A stretch of DNA of 7,831 nt, taken from contig NW_021828734.1 of assembly GCF_006345805.1 (NCBI RefSeq), forward strand, positions 1-7,831, written 5' to 3'. Below are positions 1-7,375 of this stretch, in pieces (the first letter of the stretch is position 1; every line of letters starts with the position of its first letter). The translations under genes were made by a program, and so were the position numbers. The DNA is from Octopus sinensis. Its lineage: Eukaryota. The notes beneath the pieces were generated by a model. That model saw nothing but the letters and a program-made list of their open reading frames with translations, did no database searches and was not told where the DNA came from.

Positions 1-149
1 TATCACTCTATCCCTCTCTCTCTCTCCGTGTATGTGTGTGTGTGTGTATGTGTATATATATATAATAATATATATATATACATACACACACATACATATA
101 TCTTTATAAATACATATGTGTGTGTGTATGTGTGTGTGTGTATGTATGT

Positions 150-187
<38 letters not shown>

Positions 188-365
188 ATATATATTATAT
201 GTGCATGTAAGAATGTATATATGCGTATATGGATGTATGTTATTTGTACACTCACACAGACACACCGGTCGCACATATATAGGTTATATATATTATATAT
301 TACCCCACACATATATATTTGTTTATATACGTATGCGTATATAATATATATGTATACACTCACAC
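1..365. repeat. Compound (CT)n/(TG)n/(TA)n/(CA)n microsatellite and low-complexity tract
   Basis: Dinucleotide runs directly visible; overlapping ORFs translate to YI/CV/HT repeats. Confidence 0.95.
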
Positions 366-404
366 ATGGGTGTGTATTTTGAGTGTGTGTTTTTTAATCC
401 TTAT

Positions 405-515
405 GCAGTTACATGGTTTCGTGTTTAGCGTGAGACTTTGGCCAATTATCTTGTACTGTAGCACCGGGCTGGTCGAAGCTTCCTCAGACGGAAACTGGGA
501 GTAAGCCAATCGTTT
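405..515 (+). mobile_element. Degenerate internal fragment of a cephalopod-type tRNA-derived SINE
   Basis: acatggtttcgtgtttag...actttggccaattatcttgtactgtagcaccgggc...agacggaaactgg resembles the recalled octopus SINE body (ccacatggttccgggttcag...accttgggcaagtgtcttctactatagc...agacggaaactg). The start also resembles ccatgtggtttcgagttcag at 5808-5827. Confidence 0.55.
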
Positions 516-548
516 GTGTGTTCGTGTGTGTGTGCTGTACTTATATAT

Positions 549-679
549 ATGGGGAAAGTTTACGAAAAAAAAACAAAAGACGAAGACAGGTGGTGTACAA
601 AACAAACAGATGTATTAGTATAACGCTCAGGAATAGAAAAAGTCTTTTACATTTCGAGCCTACGCTCTTACACAGACAC
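549..679 (-). mobile_element. Interspersed repeat in TA tracts, probable Penelope-like terminal remnant
   Basis: 551-617 is homologous to 6590-6653 (acaaaagacgaag[a/g]caggtgg...aaaacaaac...tgtatta). The minus strand of 641-679 reads gagc-gtag-gctc-GAAA-tg-TA, resembling the 3' half of a hammerhead. Confidence 0.5.
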
Positions 680-730
680 ACACACACATACATACACATA
701 TATATATATATATTATATATATGTATGTTA
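675..730. repeat. (CA)n(TA)n microsatellite
   Basis: Directly visible. Confidence 0.9.
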
Positions 731-765
731 CAGTAGGCGTGTAAAAATTTGTGTTATTTCTTATA

Positions 766-820
766 GGGATCGAACCTCGTGTTTGAAGTAAACTGTTCAA
801 ACATGCGATCCACTGCACCA
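766..820 (-). mobile_element. Isolated tRNA-like Pol III promoter head (SINE head or tRNA pseudogene)
   Basis: Minus strand has A-box TGGTGCAGTGG (820-810) and B-box GGTTCGATCCC (776-766) at tRNA-like spacing. No convincing acceptor stem. Confidence 0.55.
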
Positions 821-1174
821 AGGTGACATCATAAATTTGAATCTCAAATCAACAAACATAGCATTATCAGCTAGGATTATACATTCTATCGGCCTGTCAA
901 GGAGTACCTCAATCTCAAGGTAGATAAGATAGTTATGCAGTTCCTACCCATACTAGCATTTTAAATATTATCTCCCCTGGGAAACGAACGGAACCTATTT
1001 CTTACATTTTTATTCTGTATGTCTTTGTTCTGAATCTATATAAATTTGTTATATGTTTGAATTTTATGAGCATGTAATCTAAATTTTGAGCCCCCCCCCA
1101 TATCGTGACACATTTATTGAAGTACGAATAATCGATATTATTGTACTTTAAGAATTATCCTTGTTTGATTTTCT

Positions 1175-1470
1175 TCAGTACTTTTCCCTAGGCATGTCCT
1201 TCTTTAAAGTCCAGTAATATTCAACATGTATACTAGAGCTCTGCTTATTTTGGTAACGCTTTTCCACGGCGGAAGTTTTCAGTTGAAAACGCTTCCCATG
1301 TTTGTCTCTAATCACATCAGACGACAACTCAAGAAATGAACTTTTAATGACATCTTGCTCTACATTGTTTGGTAAAGGCTTAAGCCAGTCACCTTCTATC
1401 TCAGAATAGTTTAGAACCTTCGTATTTCCCAAGAAGTTAGCGCAGGCGTTTTCGAAGTTTTGCGATGCAA
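1175..1470 (-). pseudogene. Decayed C-terminal fragment of a DNA transposase, probably CMC/Chapaev3-like
   Basis: Joining frames gives FENACANFLGNTKVLNYSEI / YQTM*SKMSLKVHFL (MSLKVHFL at 1353-1330, other frame) / DKHGKRFQLKTSAVEKRYQNK...YYWTLKKD. This matches the recalled motif order FLGN.K..NY / MSLKIHFL / DEHGERFHQDI..MEKRYQG / YCW.L.RD. Contains frameshifts, a stop and a deletion. The family name is from memory. Confidence 0.75.
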
Positions 1471-1627
1471 AGCGTGGAATTTTCTTTTGATGTGAATTAA
1501 ATGGATATACTCTTTTAATAATTGCATCGAAGATACAGAAAATTATGACACAATTGAAATAAGTTTGGGGGATATTTATAATCAGGGTGGATCACATGTG
1601 ACAGTGGTATTAAGGGAATATGCATTC

Positions 1628-1680
1628 ATCGTAAGAGTTGGGCAAAATGCTTAGCGGTATTTATTCCGGTTCTTTAAATT
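1628..1680 (+). mobile_element. Truncated head fragment of the tRNA-SINE family seen at 4799-5358
   Basis: gggcaaaatgcttagcggtattt matches gggcgaaatgcttagcggtattt at ~5193-5215. The fragment is cut off by the (TAA)n tract. Confidence 0.7.
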
Positions 1681-1687
1681 AAATAAT

Positions 1688-1733
<46 letters not shown>

Positions 1734-1752
1734 TAATAATAATAATAATAAT
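1681..1752. repeat. (TAA)n microsatellite
   Basis: Directly visible. Confidence 0.95.
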
Positions 1753-1860
1753 AGAAATTGTTGAAAGGGACCCTATGAGATCTTAGACAACAAGTTGCTG
1801 TCCGCTCTCACGGAATTAACCGAACAAGTATGATCGAGGGCTCTGAGAGGTAAAATATAA
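1753..1860 (+). mobile_element. Probable extreme 3' end (3'UTR) of an R4/Dong-like retroelement
   Basis: Short unique insert between trinucleotide tracts with an A-rich end. It carries an interrupted stem-loop (1776-1810) of the same architecture as those at the ORF ends at 3275-3307 and 4238-4277. Confidence 0.4.

Positions 1861-1957
<97 letters not shown>
1861..1957. repeat. (CTA)n(ATA)n compound microsatellite
   Basis: Directly visible. Confidence 0.95.
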
Positions 1958-2478
1958 CTGATTGGAAGTGTTATCATGTACATTCTTTGTCTTGGTATAA
2001 AAGATGGGCTACAACAAATATTCTGCTCAATATCACAGATATGCTTGTCAGTTGTTTGACCTTAACTACTTAAGCATGTTTCTTGGTGTCTGAGCATGTT
2101 TCTTAGTTTCGTGCATCTCTGATCACGAGCAGAAGTAGTTGGGGAATATCATAGCCATGTGTTGAGAGGGGTTCTTAGGGTATTGAGTAATTCATCCCTG
2201 GAAACATGGGTGTTTCGTTCAACTTCCTTAAACAACCCTTATTCAAGGACCTTTCAAGCGGGATGGGCTACTTGACCTGCAGATAATTCTAACTGGGCCC
2301 CATCTGCAAGGTCATGCACTGTTTATCTTGATGTGAGATCACCATGTCGCGCACATATGGTTGTGATGCATGTGCCTGGTGTACCCTTATCAGACGGGTA
2401 GTCATGATGGGTATTCTGGGCTTTGTATATTTTACTCCAGCGTCACTTTGATGGTATGCACTACTCTGTCACTCAATA
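1958..2478 (+). mobile_element. Non-coding TAA-associated retroposon, copy 1 (longer)
   Basis: 2196-2478 aligns closely with 3451-3727. Both end at ...cactcaataa followed by trinucleotide repeat. No recognisable coding motif. Confidence 0.8.
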
Positions 2479-2502
2479 ACAACAACAACAGCACTACTAC
2501 TA

Positions 2503-2552
<50 letters not shown>

Positions 2553-2556
2553 ACTG

Positions 2557-2601
<45 letters not shown>

Positions 2602-2638
2602 ATAATAATAATATAATAATAATAATAATAATAATAAT
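2475..2638. repeat. Compound (AAC)n(TAC)n(TGC)n(TAC)n(AAT)n microsatellite
   Basis: Directly visible; produces the poly-N/T/A/S stretches in the ORF track. Confidence 0.95.
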
Positions 2639-3350
2639 GACTTGAAGAACAGAGGCACTTATATGTGCAAAAGAAGAATAAGCTTTGCGGACAAACTATG
2701 GGAAGTGCAAAATTGAGAAAACAAACCGAGAGTGACAAATGTAGAATGTGTGAGAGGAGTGAAACGGCATGGCACATTGTTAGTAAAAATTCGGAATTGA
2801 CACAACGGAATACACAACGGTGATATGACAATGAGCCATTGGGAACTTTGTGGAAATTATGACCTAGAAAGATCAAAGACTTGGTATGACTAACTCCCAG
2901 AAGGAGTTAATGAGGATGAGGATTGCAAAATACTGTTGGATGCAATGATTCGGTGTAACCATCAAATTAGACATCGGAAACTTGACATTGTTATGGTGGA
3001 CAAAAAAACAACTTGTATGATAGTCGACATAGCTTGTCCCGATGACAACGTGTTCAAGGAGAAAGAAGAAGAAAAACTGAACAGCTATGATAATCTGAAG
3101 TGGGAAATAAGCAAACTGTGGACAATAAAGAAAGTGGACGTACCAGTGCCCAACTACAAAAGCGACTGAAAAAGTCTGGAACAAGTATAAAAATAGAACA
3201 CCCATAAAAATCATCATTGCTTGGAACTGAAAGAGTTCTCCGAAGGGTTCTTGAAGCATGATCAGTAAACAAGTGTCACCTTTGTCTGCTGGCTGTGGAC
3301 AGCTGACTCTTTCCAGCATACCCAGCATAATAAGCTGTGAGTTTTCATAT
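2639..3350 (+). mobile_element. 5'-truncated, decayed R4/Dong-like non-LTR retrotransposon (zinc knuckle, restriction-like endonuclease, 3'UTR)
   Basis: Translation across frameshifts: TEALICAKEE*ALRTNY; SDKCRMCERSETAWHIVS (CCHC knuckle from 2740, last Cys lost); R*YDN (RHD motif); KTWYD*LPEGV; RHRKLDIVMVDK..TCMIVDIACP..KEEEKLNSYDNL (PD..D RLE core, PD mutated to LD); LLGTERVLRRVLEA* (stop 3259-3261). Flanked by (TAA)n on both sides, the known Dong target. Confidence 0.9.
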
Positions 3351-3360
3351 AATGATGATG

Positions 3361-3439
<79 letters not shown>

Positions 3440-3450
3440 CAACAACAACA
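3350..3450. repeat. (TGA)(TAA)n(CAA)n microsatellite
   Basis: Directly visible. Confidence 0.95.
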
Positions 3451-3727
3451 TCACTGGAAACACAGGTGTTTCGTTCAACATCCTTAAACAACCCTTATCT
3501 AATGACCTTTTGAGCTACTCAGCCTGAAGAAAATTCTAACTGGGCCCCACCGGCAAAGTCTTGCACTGTTTATCTTGATACGGGATCACCATGTCACGCA
3601 CATATGGTTGTGATGCATGTGCCTGGTGTACCATTATTAGATGGGTAGTCATGATGGGTATATTGGGCTTCGTATATTTCTACCCCAGTGTCACTTTGAT
3701 GGCATGCACTACTCTCGCACTCAATAA
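3451..3727 (+). mobile_element. Non-coding TAA-associated retroposon, copy 2 (more 5'-truncated)
   Basis: Direct-orientation homologue of 2196-2478, e.g. shared gcacatatggttgtgatgcatgtgcctggtgtacc. Same 3' end, different 5' start. Confidence 0.8.
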
Positions 3728-3750
3728 AAGCAACAATAACAACAACAACA

Positions 3751-3940
3751 TTGGTGCCAAGCTGCATCGGCCTTTGCCTTTCCCTTGGATAACATCAGTG
3801 GTGTGGAGAGGGGAGGCTGGTATGCATGTACGACTGCTAGCCTTCCACAAACAAACTTGCCCGGACTTGTGCCTCAGGGGGTGGGGGTAACTTTCTAGGT
3901 GCAATTCCATTGTCATTCGTGACCAAAGGGATTCTCCTCC
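3751..3940 (+). mobile_element. Fragment of another interspersed repeat (probable SINE 3' part)
   Basis: GC-richer island between (CAA)n and (TAA)n that resembles a recalled abundant octopus repeat. No second copy in the window, so strand and family are tentative. Confidence 0.45.
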
Positions 3941-3980
<40 letters not shown>

Positions 3981-3995
3981 AATGATAATAATAAT
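3941..3995. repeat. (TAA)n microsatellite
   Basis: Directly visible. Confidence 0.95.
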
Positions 3996-4360
3996 TATGA
4001 AATCAACATATTATCGGGAAAGAAAGAGAAAAGATTGATAAATATGGAGACCTGAGAAATTAGATCGCTAAGATGTCGCAGCTACGAGAGTCAAACATAA
4101 AGGATGTCCCTGTTGTCATCGGAGCATTGAGTTCAATACATCCAGCCGGAGAACGTCTGGAAACTTTAGAAATACTCTACAATCTAGGTGTATTGCAAAA
4201 ATCGACATTACATGGAACTGCACGCATATTGCGTAAAGTACTGTCTGAGGTCCTTGTTGTGACCTGACAGACAGTACAAATCCCCCGTAGACACAATGTC
4301 TTCAATCAACAACATCACGATATTGGATGCTGTGCAACATCTTAAATAGAAATAATAATA
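3996..4360 (+). mobile_element. 3' end of a second, distinct R4/Dong-like retrotransposon
   Basis: KEREKIDKYGDLR / IAKMSQL..VPVVIGALSSI..LQKSTLHGTARILRKVLS is the typical RLE C-terminus, paralogous to 3060-3260. The 3'UTR is different and ends in aaataataata. Confidence 0.85.
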
Positions 4361-4509
4361 GTTTCAAATATTGGCACAGGGCCAGCAATTTTTAGAGGAT
4401 AGGATTCCTCGATATCATTAACCCAGTGCTTAACTGGTACTTTATTTTATTGATCCAGAAAAAATTAAAACAAAGTTTCCCTCAGCCGGATTTGAACTCT
4501 TAACGTAAT
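4361..4509 (-). mobile_element. Degenerate tRNA-SINE copy, same family as 4799-5358, inverted
   Basis: Reverse complement reads ttacgttaagagttcaaatccggctgagg...aaagtaccagttaagcactggg, matching ~4862-4950. Confidence 0.8.
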
Positions 4510-4554
4510 TGGTGGCGGCGAACGTAGCCCTATCCAACAAGTATGTGACTATAA

Positions 4555-4798
4555 GTGCTGTCCCTACTCACTCAAGGCATCGTTCTGAGTTTTCTCTTGT
4601 TTGTCATAATGTCAAACACAAAAATAAAATCTGTCTCACTCGGCAGTTATATAGATAACACCAAAGTAATACGAAATATGAGAACAAATGACAGTGTCTA
4701 TGTCCTACAAGAAAATTTCGATCCCTTCCGCCCCGCATATACAACAGATTGAATGACGATAATACTTCGTTCAACTCTACAATATTCCATGTCTTCAA
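4555..4798 (+). pseudogene. Highly decayed reverse transcriptase fragment of an APE-type LINE (CR1/L2/Jockey group)
   Basis: TQGIVLSFLLFVI...SYIDNTKV...LQENFD corresponds to PQG.VLGPLLF...YADDTK...LQ.DLD. A shifted frame continues IYNRLNDDNTSFNSTIF, corresponding to W...N.M.FN..K. The catalytic YADD has decayed to YIDN. Confidence 0.65.
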
Positions 4799-5358
4799 GG
4801 CGGCGAGCTGGCAGAAACGTTAACACGCCGGTCGGAATGCTTAGCGGTATTTCGGCTGCCGTTACGTTCTGAGTTCAAATTCCGCCGAGGTCGACTTTGC
4901 CTTTCATCCTTTCGGGGTCGATTAAATAAGTACCAGTTACGCACTGGGGTCGATATAATCGACTTAATCTGTTTGTCTGTCATTGTCTGTCCTCTCTGTG
5001 TTTAGCCCCTTGTTCTGAGTTCAAATTCTGCCGAGATCAACTTTGCCTTTCATTCTTTCGGAGTCAATAAATTAAGTACCAGTTGCGTACTGGGGTCGAT
5101 GTAATCGACTTAATCCCTTTGTCTGTCCTTGTTTGTCTCCTCTATGTTTAGCTCCTTGTGGGCAATAAAGAAATAAGAAACGTTAGCACACCGGGCGAAA
5201 TGCTTAGCGGTATTTCGTCTGTCTTTATGTTCTGAGTTCAAATTCTGCCGGCGTCGACTTTACCTTTCATCCGTTCGGGGGCGGTAAATTAAGTACCAGT
5301 TGCGTACTGGGGTCGATCTAAAAATTTCGAGCCTCGTGCTTAGATCGGAGAAGAAAAG
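4799..5358 (+). mobile_element. Trimeric tRNA-derived SINE composite (units ~4799-5011, ~5012-5176, ~5177-5358)
   Basis: Head ggcggcgagctggcagaaacgtta (A-box-like). The block gttctgagttcaaatt(c/t)..gccg..gtcgactttgcctttcat..aagtaccagtt..actggggtcgat occurs three times. A-rich tail. Probable TSD at 4781-4798 and 5359-5377. Confidence 0.9.
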
Positions 5359-5771
5359 AATATTCTATGCCTTCCAATGTGAAAATAGGATTCCCACCGA
5401 AATGTTTTACCTTGATTCCGAACAGGGAAAATAGCACAAGACTTTGACTCCCTTCATAACTCTTGTATATCTGAAGATATATATTTCGCTAGACCAGCGA
5501 TTTCAAACGGAACACAGCGGATTTTAAATATATAATTCCATGTTTTAAAAAAGCCATATTAATGCTGGAATCTCTTGAAAAACATGTGAATTATAATTTC
5601 GTTATATACAAGGATATATATTTTCTAATTAAAAGAAAAAAAAATCCAACATTTTTTTTTCCTTTCAACTTTCTGTACGAAGTGCAACAAGAGTTTCATG
5701 TTCCTTGTAGAGTGTTGTATGGACTCATAATTACTGAGAACTGCTGTTCTAAATACAATCGCAAAGTGGCA

Positions 5772-5843
5772 ACAAGCATGGCTGTGTGGTGAAAACTCGC
5801 TTTGCAACCATGTGGTTTCGAGTTCAGTTCCAATGAATAATAT

Positions 5844-5897
<54 letters not shown>

Positions 5898-5985
5898 ATG
5901 TATATGTATGCATGTATATGTTGTGTGTTTGTCTGTGTTTACCATGCCCCGTACAGTTCACAGTCAGTGGTTCGATAAAAGATAC
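5772..5985 (+). mobile_element. Fragmented tRNA-SINE: head 5772-5835, (TA)n expansion, 3' body remnant ~5920-5985
   Basis: A-box TGGCTGTGTGG (5779-5789) and B-box-like GAGTTCAGTTC (5820-5830). Downstream gtgtttaccatgccccgtac...gtggttcgataaaagatac resembles the recalled family body. Confidence 0.6.
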
Positions 5986-6050
5986 ACACACACACACACA
6001 CACACACAGACACACACACAAAATATATATATATATATGTGTGTGTGTTA

Positions 6051-6119
<69 letters not shown>

Positions 6120-6160
6120 TATATTATTTATATAATGTATATATATATATATATATATAT
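5836..6160. repeat. (TA)n/(CA)n/(TG)n microsatellite cluster
   Basis: Directly visible. Confidence 0.95.
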
Positions 6161-6293
6161 AAGAAAATAGTAAAGAGTGAAAAAACGACAGAAGGCTTAA
6201 ATGTTAAAAAATATATATATTTGTGTCAAAATGTCTGGAGAATATCGAAAAATTTTTTTCCTTTCCTTAAAATGACATAATTTCATAATTTTT

Positions 6294-6333
6294 AAAGAAA
6301 TACCGGTTTCGCGTGTAGCTTTTCAAATTTCTT
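6294..6333 (-). ncRNA. Mirror copy of the hammerhead motif with one extra U before the core
   Basis: Minus strand reads aagaaa-U-UUGAAAA-gcuacacgc-GAAA-ccgg-UA-uuucuu. The 1-nt insertion may disrupt the stem I register. Confidence 0.5.
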
Positions 6334-6334
6334 G

Positions 6335-6376
6335 TGAAGAAATTGAAAAGCTACACGCGAAACCGGTATTTCTTTA
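6335..6376 (+). ncRNA. Putative minimal type I hammerhead ribozyme, U3-A8 core variant
   Basis: Stem I (ug)aagaaa 6335-6342 with uuucuu(ua) 6369-6376; core UUGAAAA 6343-6349; stem II GC-uacac-GC 6350-6358; GAAA 6359-6362; palindromic stem III ACCGGU 6362-6367; GUA cleavage triplet ending at 6368. Confidence 0.7.
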
Positions 6377-6546
6377 AAATTATGAAATTATGTCATTTTA
6401 AGGAAAGGAAAAAAATTTTCCAATATTCTCCAGACATTTGACACAATATATATATATTTTTTAACATTTAAGCCTTCTGTCGTTTTTTCACTCTTTACTA
6501 TTTTCTTATATATTCACCCACGTGCTTTACCAAACAAACTTTCTTA

Positions 6547-6548
<2 letters not shown>

Positions 6549-6588
<40 letters not shown>

Positions 6589-6658
6589 ACGGGAAGCTTT
6601 ATGAAAATAGACAAAAGACGAAGGCAGGTGGAAAACAAACGAACATTGTATTACATAC

Positions 6659-6741
<83 letters not shown>

Positions 6742-6785
6742 TATATATATACATACACACATATATACATATATACATACATAGA
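6549..6785. repeat. (TA)n microsatellites enclosing a short interspersed repeat fragment (6590-6653)
   Basis: TA runs are directly visible; 6590-6653 is homologous to 551-617. Confidence 0.9.
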
Positions 6786-6788
6786 TTT

Positions 6789-7170
6789 GGAGGCGAGGCG
6801 CAATGGCCCAGTGGTTAGGGCATCGGACTCACGGTCCTAGGATCACGGTTTCGATTACCAGACCGGGCGCTTTGAGTGTTTATTGAGCGAAAGCATCTGA
6901 ATCTCCACGAGACTCCGGCAGTGGGTGGTGAACCCTGCTGTACTCTTTCACCACAACTATCTCTCACTCTTTCTTCCTGTTTCTGTTGTACCAGTATTTC
7001 AAAGGGCCAGCTTTGTCACACTCTGTGTTACACTGAATCTCCCCGAGAACTATGTTAAGGGCACACGTGTCTGTGGAGTGCTCAGCCACTTGCACGTTAA
7101 TTTCACGAGCAGGCCGTTCCATTGATCGGATAAACTGGAACCTTCGTCGTCGTAACCAACGGAGTACCAC
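6789..7170 (+). mobile_element. Near full-length tRNA-derived SINE (head loosely tRNA-Arg-like) with (ATAC)n tail to ~7222
   Basis: A-box TGGCCCAGTGG (6804-6814), B-box-like GGTTTCGATT (~6847-6856), ~300 bp GC-richer body, then a simple-repeat tail. Confidence 0.8.
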
Positions 7171-7299
7171 GATACATACATACATACATAGATACAAACA
7201 TACATACATACATACATACATACGAAATATTTTTGGAAATTTTGTCCCCAACTTTAAGAAAGAGTGTAACAAATGAGTAATGTAAGGTACTGCACTTAA

Positions 7300-7375
7300 A
7301 AATATTTGTTCGATGAAACCCTTTAGAGCAGTGCCCCAGTATAGCCGCAGTCCAATGAATGAAACAAGTATAGGG
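7300..7375 (+). mobile_element. SINE 3' tail fragment
   Basis: gcagtgccccagtatagccgcagtccaatgaatgaaacaagta is the inverted homologue of 7633-7690. Strand is taken from the recalled family consensus. Confidence 0.7.

Larger units (their letters stand above)
6155..6513. repeat. Long near-perfect palindrome (arms ~6155-6333 and 6337-6513, 3-nt spacer GTG), probable inverted Penelope-like terminal repeat
   Basis: aagaaaatagtaaagagtgaaaaaacgacagaaggcttaaatg... is the reverse complement of ...catttaagccttctgtcgttttttcactctttactattttctt. Only a few substitutions and homopolymer indels differ between arms. Confidence 0.95.

Noticed and set aside
28-382. ORFs rich in YI/CV/HT (also 5812-6280 and 6544-6762)
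   Set aside because: Translations of dinucleotide microsatellites, which lack stop codons.
1576-1600. cagggtgg resembling a Tc1/mariner TIR start
   Set aside because: No immediately preceding TA and no matching inverted partner found.
2073-2104. 12-bp direct repeat agcatgtttctt with 20-bp period
   Set aside because: Small local duplication within a repeat copy; no evidence of function.
2370-2876. Poly-T/A/N and poly-S/Y ORFs resembling mucin-like proteins
   Set aside because: Produced by the compound trinucleotide repeat.
2873-3481. Longest ORF (202 aa, minus strand) with poly-Leu resembling a signal or TM segment
   Set aside because: Antisense of the (TAA)n tract plus the Dong-like fragment; the real coding signal is on the + strand.
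4799-5358. Repeated blocks as a possible CRISPR array or tRNA cluster
   Set aside because: Units are over 100 bp, diverged, without unique spacers or complete cloverleafs, in a eukaryotic context; SINE multimer explains them.
5562-5807. Overlapping short ORFs on both strands
   Set aside because: No domain similarity; length is compatible with chance and the end runs into a SINE head.
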